Below, piece by piece: positions 11,124 through 21,470 of a stretch of 64,000 bases of DNA. This DNA comes from Deltaproteobacteria bacterium (GTDB lineage Bacteria; Desulfobacterota; Desulfobulbia; Desulfobulbales; Desulfocapsaceae): the NCBI GenBank assembly GCA_024280265.1, contig JAJRQL010000056.1:803-64802 (forward strand), in the 5' to 3' direction. The translations under genes were made by a program, and so were the position numbers. Positions within the stretch are counted from its first letter, which is position 1; the number at the start of each line of letters is the position of its first letter. A model generated the notes under the pieces. It did no database searches. It had not been told where the DNA came from and was given only the letters and a program-made list of their open reading frames with translations.

Positions 11124-11768
11124 TTAGTTCCGACGTTTTTTCTTTTTCTTCTTTTTCTTGTCATCCGGCTTTTCAAGTTTCTTATTTGTGAACTGGTAAG
11201 TTACCAGGCGACAACTTGATTCCAGCAGCATTTCGCCACCGTCTTTTTTGGGTCCGCCCATATTGATGTTGGTCACTGTCACAATACGGTCGAGTTTACT
11301 GACCTGATCGAGAAAACTGCCCATGTTATGATAAGGACCCCGTACTTTGATCTCGATGGGAATCTCTGAGTAGAAATCTTTTGGAATCTCGGCAACAGGT
11401 TTAAAGGTAAGAAAATCCAGTCCTGATCCTCTGCCCAGAGCTGAGATGTTGGTGAGCAGACTTGGAATTTCTTTTTCCTTGGGAAGCAGTGTCGCAGTCT
11501 CCTCAAAAAGGGCAGCCATTGCTGCCAGTTCTTCTTCGAGTTTTCCCTTGTTGGCTGCTTTATTTTTGGCAACCTGGAGCTCGTTGATGATATTTTCCTT
11601 CTGTTTTTCCAGTCTGCTGCTTTTCTCCATCTGGGGTTGGAAAAGCAGAAAGTAAAAGAGAACCACAGGAAGCAGAAAAAGAACCACTGCAATAGTAATC
11701 TTCAGCTTTTTATCAAGCGGGATGTATTTTTCGTCTATGAAGGTCGCAAAAGCGTTAGTCTTTTTCAT
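11124..11768 (-). CDS. pilO: pilus assembly protein PilO, with a poly-Lys/Arg C-terminal tail
   Basis: 214 aa. It has a single N-terminal TM, a coiled coil, and the PilO core (IPSLLTNISALGRGSGLDFLTFKP...IPIEIKVRGPYHNMGSFLDQVSKLDRIVTV). The tail reads DDKKKKKKKKRRN. Confidence 0.85.
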   Translation of the reverse strand: MKKTNAFATFIDEKYIPLDKKLKITIAVVLFLLPVVLFYFLLFQPQMEKSSRLEKQKENIINELQVAKNKAANKGKLEEELAAMAALFEETATLLPKEKEIPSLLTNISALGRGSGLDFLTFKPVAEIPKDFYSEIPIEIKVRGPYHNMGSFLDQVSKLDRIVTVTNINMGGPKKDGGEMLLESSCRLVTYQFTNKKLEKPDDKKKKKKKKRRN

Positions 11769-11780
11769 ATACCGCAGTTT

Positions 11781-12365
11781 TTACTGTGAGTTCTTGGTTG
11801 CTTTGTCCTGAGATGCTACCTTGGGACTGATAATTGTACACGCCAGTTCGAATCTTTTCAAATCACGGCCTGACACCTTAGCCAGTGAAGCGTTGGAGAG
11901 GTTTACAGAACTGATAAATACAGATTCTTTCAATGCATCCATAAACTGGGCAATGGTCCTGTTGTCCAAGGCCACACCACTCAGTGACAGGCGGGAGCCA
12001 CTCTGTTTCAGGCTCTTCAGCCACATCCGTTTGGAATCAACCTTTTTAGCTATTTCATCAAGGATGCGAACGGTGATTGCCGAGTCTCTTTTGAGCTTCT
12101 TTATGATATCGATTTTGGTCTGCAGTGCATCTTTCTCACTGGCCATTTTTTTCATCTTGGCAATAATAGGATCGTATCTCTTCTTTTCTTTCTCCAGGGA
12201 TGCGATTGAAGTCTCGATACTTTTTATCTTTACTGACTGAAGAAAACCAACCGCCCCCAGGATAAGGAGCAGAAAGACGAGCAGGGTAACGAAGCTCACG
12301 ATCTGATTGCGTGCTTTGGCACGTTTCTTCAGTTGGCGTATGGGAAGGAGATTAATTCTTAGCAT
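11781..12365 (-). CDS. pilN: pilus assembly protein PilN
   Basis: 194 aa. The N-terminus INLLP...R, a TM segment, a coiled coil and the position between pilM and pilO all fit PilN. Confidence 0.85.
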   Translation of the reverse strand: MLRINLLPIRQLKKRAKARNQIVSFVTLLVFLLLILGAVGFLQSVKIKSIETSIASLEKEKKRYDPIIAKMKKMASEKDALQTKIDIIKKLKRDSAITVRILDEIAKKVDSKRMWLKSLKQSGSRLSLSGVALDNRTIAQFMDALKESVFISSVNLSNASLAKVSGRDLKRFELACTIISPKVASQDKATKNSQ

Positions 12366-12375
12366 AATTACTGGC

Positions 12376-13434
12376 CTATATCACTGAAGGACGAATGGCG
12401 ATTCCTGTAGCAATTGCCATCTCCGGCCCAATATTAATCAGATAATCTGGGTCAATTTTTTTCGAATTAGCGGTCATGTTACTGAATGGATTAAACAGCT
12501 CCACAGGTAACCCGGTTTCATTGGCCAAAAAGTCAACGAGCCCGGAAACCTTAGAACCACCGCCACTGAGTACCAGTCTGCCCAGAGGGGCGTCCTGATG
12601 ATTTGAATGGTACAGGTCTATCGCTTTTTTAATCTCAAGGACCCACTGGGTGCAGGTTACTGAAAAGATATCTGCAATTTCTTCCTGCTTTTCCTCAGCC
12701 GGGATATGGCCAAGTTTTAAGGCCTCGGCCTCTTCAAACTCCAGGTCAAAGGCGATCTGTATCTGTTCAGTCAGCTGTCGGCTCCCGACCACGATATCTC
12801 GGGCCACAACGGAAACTCCATTGGAGATGATATTGATATTCATCTTTGAGGCGCCAATATCCACAAGAGCTACATTTTCCTCCTTGGGGTAATTGTACTC
12901 ATAGGTGTTTTCAAGGGCAAATCCATCAACATCCACTATTACCGGTTTGAGATTCAGGTCTTCTAGCATCTCAAGATAATCATCAACGATCTCTTTTTTT
13001 GCGGCTACCAGCATGACGTCTGTCCGGTCAAGGCCTTCATCGTTGGTTTTGAGGTCTTGAAAATCGAGGTAGACATCATCAATGTCAAAAGGAATGTACT
13101 GCTCAGCTTCTGAGAGGATATGCTCTTCAAGGTCTTTTTACGACATCACAGCCAGGTTGACCTTCTTTACAATCACCGAGTAGCCGGATATGGAAAAGCC
13201 GACTTTCTTTTTCTTGATCTTGAGGTTTTTGAACAGCTCGGCAATGGTCTTGCCTACAATCTCAGCGTCATTCAGGGTACCGTCATCCACTGCCCCTTCT
13301 GGCAGAGTTGCACTGCCAAGGTTGACGACTGCATAGGCCTTATCGGTTCGCTTCAACTGGCAGACTTTAATAGCATGCGAGCCGATGTCGATACCGACCA
13401 CAAGGTCTTCATTGGAAAGAAAAGGCAGGTTCAT
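12376..13434 (-). pseudogene. pilM: pilM (actin-like ATPase of the pilus platform) interrupted by one in-frame TAA
   Basis: ORFs 13138..13434 and 12376..13014 are in the same frame. The DNA between them reads ...AVMS-TAA-KDLEEHILSEAEQYIPFDIDDVYLDFQDLKTNDEGLDRTDV-MLVAAKK..., which is a contiguous PilM sequence. The only defect is the stop at 13138-13140. Confidence 0.85.
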
Positions 13435-13837
13435 GGGTAGTAGTCTTGTCTGGTTATAAAGGTAATAATATCCGCTATCTTAATGTTTCATTTGATTACG
13501 GGCATTGCTGACTAGACTATATTAAGGACACAAAAAAAAGTGTTTGTCAAGGAGGTGTGGTGGAAAGTTGATATTTTCTTGCTGCTAAAACAAGTAGTTA
13601 AGAAATGGAGGTAGGGCTGGTGCGGCAAATTTGCACCATATATAGCTGTTTGTCCGGGGCATGGCTCACTATATGGTATAGTTGCATTTTTTTGCCCTAT
13701 TGGCTGAAACCACTGAATTTATTTTCTTTGTAGTAACTATTTAGGCTGGTGTCTTGAAATAGATGTTACTTTCGAGTATTTTTGTCGACGATGTTAAGCT
13801 GTGTCAAAGTGAAGATAAATTCTATTGAGCGGGGAAT

Positions 13838-14487
13838 TTGATTGTGGGTGGTGTGAAATCAGAGAAATCAGTGGTACGTGAGTATGCCGAAGCAATCATC
13901 ATTGCGATTATTCTTGCTCTCTTTATTAGAAGTTTTATCGTCCAGGCCTTTAAGATTCCTTCCGGATCCATGCTGCCAACCCTGCAGATAGGCGATCATC
14001 TGCTGGTGAATAAGTTTATTTATGGGGTGAAGATGCCAAAGACCGGTTGGATACTGATTCCCTGGAAGGATCCGCAGCGAGATGAAATTATTGTGTTCCG
14101 GTTTCCTGAAGACAGAGCCATTGACTATATTAGAGGGTGGTTGGTGTTGCAGGTGACACCATTGAAATCAAAAACAAGCAGCTTTTCGTAAATGGAGAAG
14201 CTGTCAATAACCCGCATGCCCATTACACCGACCCTGATATCCTGCCAGCCTCTGCAGGTCCCCGTGATAATATGGGGCCGGTGAAAGTCCCGGTGGACTC
14301 CCTGTTTGTGATGGGAGACAACAGGGATAACAGTTATGATAGTCGTTTCTGGGGGTTCGTTGATATGAACGATGTTCTCGGCAAGGCCTTTATACTATAC
14401 TGGTCCTGGGATCTCAGTGAGCCCCTCATGTCCATTGACCGCTTTGCCTCCATTCGCTGGAGTCGTATCGGCGATCTGGTTCGCTGA
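13838..14487 (+). pseudogene. lepB: signal peptidase I with a 1-nt frameshift at the catalytic-Lys box
   Basis: ORF 13838..14191 carries the Ser box (IPSGSMLPTL) and ends ...FPEDRAIDYI before leaving frame. ORF 14137..14487 continues (R)[12 protein letters not shown]...[16 protein letters not shown]. Adding one A between 14132 and 14133 restores DYIKRVVG. Confidence 0.85.
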
Positions 14488-14506
14488 TCAGGAGAAGAAG
14501 GGAAAT

Positions 14507-15451
14507 ATGAACAAAGATTATCGATTTGAGCATAAGCATATTCTAGGTATTGAACAGCTCTCTGCTGCGGATATTTTCTACATTCTCGATATTGCCATCT
14601 CCTTTAAGGAGATATCCAATCGCCCAATTAAGAAGGTTCCCACACTTAAGGGAAAGACCATTATCAACTTTTTCTTTGAGCCATCGACAAGAACTCGCCT
14701 CTCCTTTGAGATTGCTGCGAAACGGATGAGTGCCGATACCTTTAATATCGCCGCATCCACAAGCTCCGCCACCAAAGGGGAAAGCCTAATTGATACGGCC
14801 AGAAACCTTCAGGCCATGAGCCCCGATATTATTATTATTCGTCATGGCAGTTCCGGATCTCCTGGGCTCCTTGCCCGTCATGTGGATGCATCTATTATCA
14901 ATGCAGGTGACGGGACCCACGAGCATCCCAGTCAGGCTCTGCTGGATACCATGACAGTGCGCGAGCATAAGGGAAAGATTGAAGGGCTTATCATTGCCAT
15001 TGTGGGTGATATTGCACACAGCAGGGTTGCCCATTCCAATATCCTTGCCTTCACAAAACTTGGTGCCAAGGTGCGGGTGGCCGGTCCTGCCACATTTATG
15101 CCCGCCATGGTCGAGTCGCTTGGGGCACAGGTCTGCACCTCTGTTGCCGAGGCTGTCAGTGATGCGGATGTGATTATGGCGCTGCGTATTCAGAAGGAGC
15201 GGCAGGACGATCCTCTGATCCCTTCCTTGAGAGAGTATGCACAGTTTTACGGGATTAATCGTGCCCTGCTTGAAAAACATGCCCGGCCCGATGCCCTTAT
15301 CATGCATCCCGGTCCCATCAATCGCGGCGTTGAGATGAATCCGGATGTCGCTGATGGGGCAGGATCGGTTATATTGGAGCAGGTTACCAACGGTGTCGCG
15401 GTTCGCATGGCGTTACTCTATCTGGTGATGGGGCAGGAGGGAACAGAATAA
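14507..15451 (+). CDS. pyrB: aspartate carbamoyltransferase catalytic subunit
   Basis: The start is taken at the internal ATG ([15 protein letters not shown]) after gaaggg. Motifs are [17 protein letters not shown] and HPGP. Confidence 0.93.
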   Translation: MNKDYRFEHKHILGIEQLSAADIFYILDIAISFKEISNRPIKKVPTLKGKTIINFFFEPSTRTRLSFEIAAKRMSADTFNIAASTSSATKGESLIDTARNLQAMSPDIIIIRHGSSGSPGLLARHVDASIINAGDGTHEHPSQALLDTMTVREHKGKIEGLIIAIVGDIAHSRVAHSNILAFTKLGAKVRVAGPATFMPAMVESLGAQVCTSVAEAVSDADVIMALRIQKERQDDPLIPSLREYAQFYGINRALLEKHARPDALIMHPGPINRGVEMNPDVADGAGSVILEQVTNGVAVRMALLYLVMGQEGTE

Positions 15452-15452
15452 A

Positions 15453-16739
15453 ATGACAAGAGCTAAAACCATAATTCTTCAGAATGGCCGTGTTCTTGAT
15501 CCGGCAGCTGACCGCGATTTTATCGGAGAAATCTGGCTGCAGGATGGTCTTATTGTTCCGGCGCAGCAGAAGCATCCTGAAGACTGCATCAGCTTTGATC
15601 TTCAGGGGAAATGGATTGTCCCCGGGTTGATTGATATGCATGTGCATCTGCGTGAGCCGGGCGAAGAGTACAAGGAAACCGTCGAGTCCGGAACTAGAGC
15701 TGCTGCAGCCGGAGGTTTTACCGCTGTGGCCTGTATGCCAAATACCCGTCCTGTGAATGATTGTGCTTCGGTTACTCAGCTTATTCTTGAAGCAACTGCG
15801 GAGAAAGGTTCCGCAAGGGTGTATCCTGTTGGTGCCATCAGCGCCGGCAGTAAGGGGACGGGACTTGCCGAGTATGGCGAATTGAAAGAAGCTGGAGTCG
15901 TTGCGGTGACCGATGATGGTCTTCCGGTGCTGGACAGTCAGCTGATGCGTCGCGCCATGGAATATGCAGGCAGTCACGAACTGCTGGTGATATCTCATTC
16001 TGAAGAAATCGCGCTCAGCCGAAATGGCTCAATGAATGAAGGGGTTGTCTCCACCCGCCTTGGGCTGCGTGGAATCCCCGTTGCTGCTGAGGCCATCATG
16101 GTATATCGCGAGATTGCCCTGGCGGAACTCACCGGGCAGCATACTCATATTGCCCATGTGAGTACTGCTGCAGCCACAGAATTGATTCGTCAGGCCACGG
16201 CGCGAGGGGTGAGGCTGACCGCCGAAACAACGCCGCATTATTTCACCCTCACCGAAGAGGCGGTGGCCGATTACAACACAAATGCCAAGATGAATCCTCC
16301 CCTGCGTACCGAAGGGGACAGGATGGCCATAATAAAAGGTCTGCAGGATGGTACCTTTGATGCCATTGCCACAGATCATGCACCCCATTCGGTTCTTGAG
16401 AAAGAGCTGGAGTTTGATCGGGCTGCCAATGGCATCATCGGACTTGAGACATCCCTGGCCCTGTCACTTGCTCTGGTGCGGGACGGGCTTATTGATGCGG
16501 CACGGCTGGTGGAGTTGATGTCCGTGGCTCCTGCCCGTATCCTGAAGGTTACCGGTGGAAATCTTGCAGAGGGAAATGTTGCTGATGTTACCGTAGTTGA
16601 TCCGGACAGGGAGTTTGTTTTCACTGAGGGATCCATTCTGTCCAAAGGGAAGAACTCCCCCTTTCTGGATTGGACATTCCAGGGCAAAGCGGTACTGACT
16701 GTCATGGGTAGCAGGATTACTCACAATGAGTTGAGTTAG
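15453..16739 (+). CDS. pyrC: dihydroorotase
   Basis: 428 aa. It has DMHVHLREPG and C-terminal ATDHAPH motifs and lies directly after pyrB. Confidence 0.93.
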   Translation: MTRAKTIILQNGRVLDPAADRDFIGEIWLQDGLIVPAQQKHPEDCISFDLQGKWIVPGLIDMHVHLREPGEEYKETVESGTRAAAAGGFTAVACMPNTRPVNDCASVTQLILEATAEKGSARVYPVGAISAGSKGTGLAEYGELKEAGVVAVTDDGLPVLDSQLMRRAMEYAGSHELLVISHSEEIALSRNGSMNEGVVSTRLGLRGIPVAAEAIMVYREIALAELTGQHTHIAHVSTAAATELIRQATARGVRLTAETTPHYFTLTEEAVADYNTNAKMNPPLRTEGDRMAIIKGLQDGTFDAIATDHAPHSVLEKELEFDRAANGIIGLETSLALSLALVRDGLIDAARLVELMSVAPARILKVTGGNLAEGNVADVTVVDPDREFVFTEGSILSKGKNSPFLDWTFQGKAVLTVMGSRITHNELS

Positions 16740-16773
16740 TGCCTGTCCAGAAAGGATGAGTCAGTTTCTTTTA

Positions 16774-17478
16774 TCAGGCTGCTGTCTGATTGCCCGCGTA
16801 CTCTGTGGGGTCACTGACGCCGGCCTCATGAAATCCCCTGCTGCGGAGGATGCAGGCGTCGCACCTGCCACAGGCCTTGTCTCCTGCGGGATCATAGCAG
16901 CTGTGTGTTTTTGCATAATCCACCCCGAGTTTCATGCCTGTCCTGATGATTTCCGCCTTACTCATTCTAAGTAGTGGCGCCTGGATACGGAGTTTTTCTT
17001 CTTCTTCCACTCCTGCCCTGGTTCCCAGATTTGCCATCCTGCTGAAGGCTTCGAGAAATTCCGGGCGGCAGTCCGGATAGCCGGAATAGTCCACGGCATT
17101 TACCCCTATAAATATATCCTTTGCTCCGAGTACCTCGGCCCAGGCCACGGCATGGGACAGAAATATGGTGTTTCTTGCAGGCACATAGGTGACAGGGATG
17201 CTGCCATCCTCTTTCCGGTCTTTGGGGATCTCGATGTCGTCAGTGAGGGCGGAACCGCCAATTTTATCCAGATCAAGGTTGAGAACCAGGTGGCTGCTGA
17301 CCTTGCTGGCAACGGCTGCCTGCCGGGCCTTTTCAAGTTCCACGGTCTGTTTCTGACCGTACTGGAAGCTGAGGCAGTAACAGGAGTAGCCTTCTTTCTG
17401 GGCAATGGCCAGAACTGTGCTGGAATCAAGGCCACCGCTGAAGAGGATGACCGCTTTTTTGTTTTTTGCTGTTGTCAT
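16774..17478 (-). CDS. queC: 7-cyano-7-deazaguanine synthase
   Basis: 234 aa. It has the PP-loop [13 protein letters not shown] and a C-terminal Cys cluster (CYDP...CGRCDAC). Confidence 0.93.
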   Translation of the reverse strand: MTTAKNKKAVILFSGGLDSSTVLAIAQKEGYSCYCLSFQYGQKQTVELEKARQAAVASKVSSHLVLNLDLDKIGGSALTDDIEIPKDRKEDGSIPVTYVPARNTIFLSHAVAWAEVLGAKDIFIGVNAVDYSGYPDCRPEFLEAFSRMANLGTRAGVEEEEKLRIQAPLLRMSKAEIIRTGMKLGVDYAKTHSCYDPAGDKACGRCDACILRSRGFHEAGVSDPTEYAGNQTAA

Positions 17479-17496
17479 GTTTATATCTGTCGTGCT

Positions 17497-18195
17497 CTAT
17501 TTGAGCAAGCAGGGGATGGGGGTATTAACAATTATGGATTCGGGGCCGATTTCTGTCTGGTAAGCCAGAATTTCCACCCCTTTTTTATTGACCTCTGCCA
17601 TGGTTTTGGCGTAGAGCGGGTCGATGTGAGCCGCAGGTCTGAATTTTTCTGCATCCGTTCGCTGGATACAGAAGAAGATCACTCCCCGGTGTCCTTTGGC
17701 CACAAGGTCTGCCAGTTCGTTGAGGTGTTTGGTCCCTCTTGCGGTGATTGCATCGGGGAAGGTTGCCCAGCCATCCTCCACAAGGGAGCAGTTTTTGATC
17801 TCCACATAGATCTTTTCATCTCCCCGTTTCAGGAGCAGGTCGAGACGACTTGACTTTGAGGTGGTCACTTCCCTTGTCAGTTTGTCAATATTCTGCAGCG
17901 TTTTGATCCGTCCCTCAAGGATGGCTTCGGCAACAATCTTGTTGGTGAGCATGGTGTTCACTCCAATCCAGGTGTCCCCTTCTTTGACCATCTCAAGGGT
18001 CTGCGGGTACTTGCGTTTGAGGTTGGGAGAAGTGGAGAGCATCACGGGGCTTCCTGGAGTTGAACAGCCTCGCATGGAGCCGGAATTGGGGCAATGTACC
18101 GTGATTTCCTGGCCCTGCTGTGTTGTCACGTCTGCAAGAAAACGTTTGTAGCGTATTATCAGGGTGGCTGGTTGTAAAGGCGTTTCAAATTGCAT
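17497..18195 (-). CDS. sfsA: sugar fermentation stimulation protein A homolog
   Basis: 232 aa. The N-terminus is ATLIIRYKRFLADV....ITVHCPNSGSM. Confidence 0.88.
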   Translation of the reverse strand: MQFETPLQPATLIIRYKRFLADVTTQQGQEITVHCPNSGSMRGCSTPGSPVMLSTSPNLKRKYPQTLEMVKEGDTWIGVNTMLTNKIVAEAILEGRIKTLQNIDKLTREVTTSKSSRLDLLLKRGDEKIYVEIKNCSLVEDGWATFPDAITARGTKHLNELADLVAKGHRGVIFFCIQRTDAEKFRPAAHIDPLYAKTMAEVNKKGVEILAYQTEIGPESIIVNTPIPCLLK

Positions 18196-18386
18196 GGATC
18201 AAAGAGAATGAATTTTTATATCAATTATGTTTAATCTTTGAAGAATCATTTAATATACAGTATATAGAACGGATACCCAAAGGGGAAGGGAAAAGCTTGG
18301 CTCCTGCAGGGTTCAGAACTGTTTGATATTGTCTGGTTTACGCTGGCCGGACTGAAATACCATACCTCTACCGGAGAAGCATTGTC

Positions 18387-19604
18387 ATGATATTAGGTTT
18401 AAACGGCATGGGTCGGATTGGGAAACTATCCCTTTGGCATCATGTTTCGAGGAAACATTTTTCAGAAATTGTGATTAACGTTGGTCGTGAGATTGGTCAG
18501 GGGTTGAATGATCTTGCTGCCTCCGTCGAGCGGGATTCCTCCTTTGGGCGGCTCGGTACCTATCTTCATGGTCACAAGGGCGGCCGTGTTATTGAAGAGG
18601 TGAATGAAGAAACTGGGACCATGGTGATTAACGGTGTTCCTGTGAAATTCCTTCGTACTGCCCGAAATCCCAAAGATATCGCCTGGCAGGAAAACAATGT
18701 GAAACTGGTGGTTGACACCACAGGTGCTTTTACCGATCCCACAGCAGATGCGGATGCGGACTGGGGGGCATTGCGGGGGCACTTGCAGGCTGGTGCCGAA
18801 AAGGTCATGCTCTCAGCACCCTTCAAGATCAAATCCAAAGGTCTTGATATGCCTGATGATGCTGTGACGGCTGTCATGGGGATCAACGATGAGGATTATG
18901 ATCCGTCACGTCATGCGTTGATTTCGGCTGCTTCCTGCACCACCACCTGTCTCTCTTACATGATTAAGCCTCTGATGGAGTCAGTGGGTGCGGAGAACTT
19001 CCTCAGTGCATCCATGGTTACGGTTCATGCTGCAACAGGGAGCCAGAAGGTCCTTGATACTCTGCCAAAGTCAGGCGCTGCTGATTTGAGAAAGAACCGC
19101 TCAATCCTGAACAATATCATTCTTACCACTACCGGGGCCGCCAAGGCTCTGGGCCTGGTGATACCCGAGATGAAGTCCATCGGTTTTATAGCAGAGTCAG
19201 TGCGTATTCCCACTTCTACCGGATCATTGATTGTTCTGGTCTTGAATCTCCAGGATGATCTGGATAATCCCATGAAGCGGGATAGGATTAATTCCATCTA
19301 TCGTGAGTATGCCGAGAACAGCTCCTATCTCGAGTATACTGAAGAGCAGAATGTCTCCTCGGATATAATCGGTGTTCCCCAGGACGCTGCAGTGATTGAA
19401 GGGACAGAGACCCATACCCGTACAGCCTCCATCTCTGTGAATCTGCAGAAGCTGAAAAGCTGTTCCCTTGATGTGGGTGCCGAGCACATCCTCAATGTTC
19501 CTGTGACCCAGGCGGTTGTCTATGCCTGGTATGATAACGAGCTGGGTAGTTACACCAATACCCTGGGAGATCTGACAGTATCTGTTGCTGAGAAGTTGCT
19601 TTAG
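18387..19604 (+). CDS. gap: glyceraldehyde-3-phosphate dehydrogenase family protein, atypically long (405 aa)
   Basis: It has the Rossmann start GLNGMGRIGK and the active-site region SAASCTTTCL (canonical is SCTTNCL). It sits upstream of rimI-pgk-tpiA and carries extra insertions relative to ~335-aa GapA. Confidence 0.8.
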   Translation: MILGLNGMGRIGKLSLWHHVSRKHFSEIVINVGREIGQGLNDLAASVERDSSFGRLGTYLHGHKGGRVIEEVNEETGTMVINGVPVKFLRTARNPKDIAWQENNVKLVVDTTGAFTDPTADADADWGALRGHLQAGAEKVMLSAPFKIKSKGLDMPDDAVTAVMGINDEDYDPSRHALISAASCTTTCLSYMIKPLMESVGAENFLSASMVTVHAATGSQKVLDTLPKSGAADLRKNRSILNNIILTTTGAAKALGLVIPEMKSIGFIAESVRIPTSTGSLIVLVLNLQDDLDNPMKRDRINSIYREYAENSSYLEYTEEQNVSSDIIGVPQDAAVIEGTETHTRTASISVNLQKLKSCSLDVGAEHILNVPVTQAVVYAWYDNELGSYTNTLGDLTVSVAEKLL

Positions 19605-19606
19605 GG

Positions 19607-20083
19607 ATGATTGTCCGCCATCTGGTCGTTGAGGATCTTGATTGCGTCACGGCCCTGGAGGCCTCTGTGCTGTCCGCCTGGAAGAGAGAGCAGGTCGTGG
19701 CGGAACTGCAGCGTCAGGCCGGGATTTCCCTCGTAGCTGAGAGGGTGGCCGGTGAGTTGCTTGGCTGGTGTTGTGGCTTTGGTATTGGTAGGGAAGCGGA
19801 GCTTTTGAAGGTAACGGTTCATTCAGGGCGACGCAGGGCTGGAGTTGCCTGTGCTCTGCTGCAGGCGTTGCAGCAGTTCTTTGCCGCCAAAGGGATGGAA
19901 CAGCTTTTTCTTGAGGTGCGTTCTCAAAATGTGCCGGCCCTTGCGCTCTACGCAAAGCTGGGTTTTTCGGAAGTTGGGGTGCGCAGGAATTATTATAAGT
20001 ACCCGGTTGATGATGCCCATGTGCTTGCGTGCAGGTTGGCTGGGTCACCATATACTGACGAGACAAGTCGGAAAACTTTTTAG
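19607..20083 (+). CDS. rimI: GNAT acetyltransferase, ribosomal-protein-alanine N-acetyltransferase-like
   Basis: 158 aa. The GNAT core (V...RRRAGVACALLQAL...G....LEVR..N..A..LY.K.GF) is present and the size is typical of RimI. Confidence 0.7.
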   Translation: MIVRHLVVEDLDCVTALEASVLSAWKREQVVAELQRQAGISLVAERVAGELLGWCCGFGIGREAELLKVTVHSGRRRAGVACALLQALQQFFAAKGMEQLFLEVRSQNVPALALYAKLGFSEVGVRRNYYKYPVDDAHVLACRLAGSPYTDETSRKTF

Positions 20084-20252
20084 AGTTGCTGCATAAGTGC
20101 TTTGGTGGTAACTCTAACACAGATAAACTGCAAGTAAGTGCCTTGATGTTAGTTGTAACATATTAATATTGTATCACTCTCAGATATTCTTTTTTTATTG
20201 CAGTTTTTATGGGGTAAGGCACTAAAAATAACTATTTATTGGAATTAACTGC

Positions 20253-21431
20253 ATGAATACGATTCGTGATCTTGACCTTAGTGGTAAGCGGGTTCTGGTA
20301 CGGGTGGATTTTAACGTACCCATGGATACAGAAAGGAATATCACCGATGATATTCGTATCCGGATGGCTCTGCCCACCATTAATTATATTCTGGATAAGG
20401 GTGCGAAACTGATCCTCTGCTCGCACATGGGACGCCCCAAAGGTGAAAGGGTGATGGATTTCAGCCTGGCTCCTGCGGCCAGTCACCTTGCAGTTATCCT
20501 TGGACTCGACGTACGACTTGCCCCTGGTTGCGTGGGTGCAGAGAGCGAATCTCTGGTAGCGGCAATGCAACCGGGAGAGGTGATCATGCTCGAAAATCTT
20601 CGTTTTCACAAGGAGGAGACGGAGAACGATCCGGTCTTTGCTGAGCAGGTGGCACGGATGGCTGATGTGTACATTAATGATGCCTTTGCCGTGTCCCATC
20701 GGGTTCACGCCTCAGTTGTGGGGATTCCGAAATATGTCTCTGAAAAGGCAGCCGGCCTGCTGTTGCAGACAGAGATGGATTTTTTCCACAAGGCTATGGA
20801 TACTCCGGTTCGTCCTCTGGTGGCCCTTGTTGGTGGTGCTAAGGTCTCTTCCAAGCTCGGCGCCCTGGAAAACATGCTGGATAAGGTTGATTCCATGATC
20901 ATTGGCGGTGCCATGGCCAATACTTTCCTGAAGAGTCAGGGGGTGGATATGGGGGCCTCCAAAACGGAAGATGATCTTTTGGAAACAGCCCGTGAATTTG
21001 TGGCGAAGGCAGAAGGAAAAGGGGTGAAGTTGTATTTTCCGGTGGACTTTGTGGCAGCAGACAGCTTTGCAGCGAATGCTGTGACCAAAAATGTGACGTT
21101 TCGTGATATCCCGGCAGGTTGGATGGCGCTTGATATCGGGCCTGCAAGCACGGTTTATTTTCAGGAGGCACTCACAGATGCCCGCACCATAGTCTGGAAT
21201 GGCCCCATGGGTGCCTTTGAGATGGATGCCTTCGCCAGGGGAACCATGGCCATGTGTCAGAGTGTTGCATCATCCCACGCCCTGTCAATAACCGGTGGCG
21301 GGGATTCCAATGCGGCCGTGAAGAAATCCGGAGAATCTGCCAATATTTCGTATATGTCCACCGGTGGTGGCGCTTTTCTGACACTTATGGAGGGAAAGAC
21401 CTTGCCGGGTGTTGAAGTGCTGGCAGCTTGA
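20253..21431 (+). CDS. pgk: phosphoglycerate kinase
   Basis: 392 aa, with RVDFNVP, SHMGRPKG and GGGDS...STGGGAFL motifs. Confidence 0.96.
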   Translation: MNTIRDLDLSGKRVLVRVDFNVPMDTERNITDDIRIRMALPTINYILDKGAKLILCSHMGRPKGERVMDFSLAPAASHLAVILGLDVRLAPGCVGAESESLVAAMQPGEVIMLENLRFHKEETENDPVFAEQVARMADVYINDAFAVSHRVHASVVGIPKYVSEKAAGLLLQTEMDFFHKAMDTPVRPLVALVGGAKVSSKLGALENMLDKVDSMIIGGAMANTFLKSQGVDMGASKTEDDLLETAREFVAKAEGKGVKLYFPVDFVAADSFAANAVTKNVTFRDIPAGWMALDIGPASTVYFQEALTDARTIVWNGPMGAFEMDAFARGTMAMCQSVASSHALSITGGGDSNAAVKKSGESANISYMSTGGGAFLTLMEGKTLPGVEVLAA

Positions 21432-21470
21432 GGTGAATTCCACTAATCAAATGCGTGAAATGGAGACAGA

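Noticed and set aside
13618-13642. tggtgcggcaaatttgca, resembling a sigma54 -24/-12 promoter upstream of lepB
   Set aside because: The GG-to-GC spacing is two nt longer than the consensus (TGGCACG-N4-TTGC), and no enhancer-binding-protein context is evident.
14786-15998. 173-aa and 204-aa minus-strand ORFs
   Set aside because: They are antisense to pyrB and pyrC and have biased composition, no RBS and no motifs.
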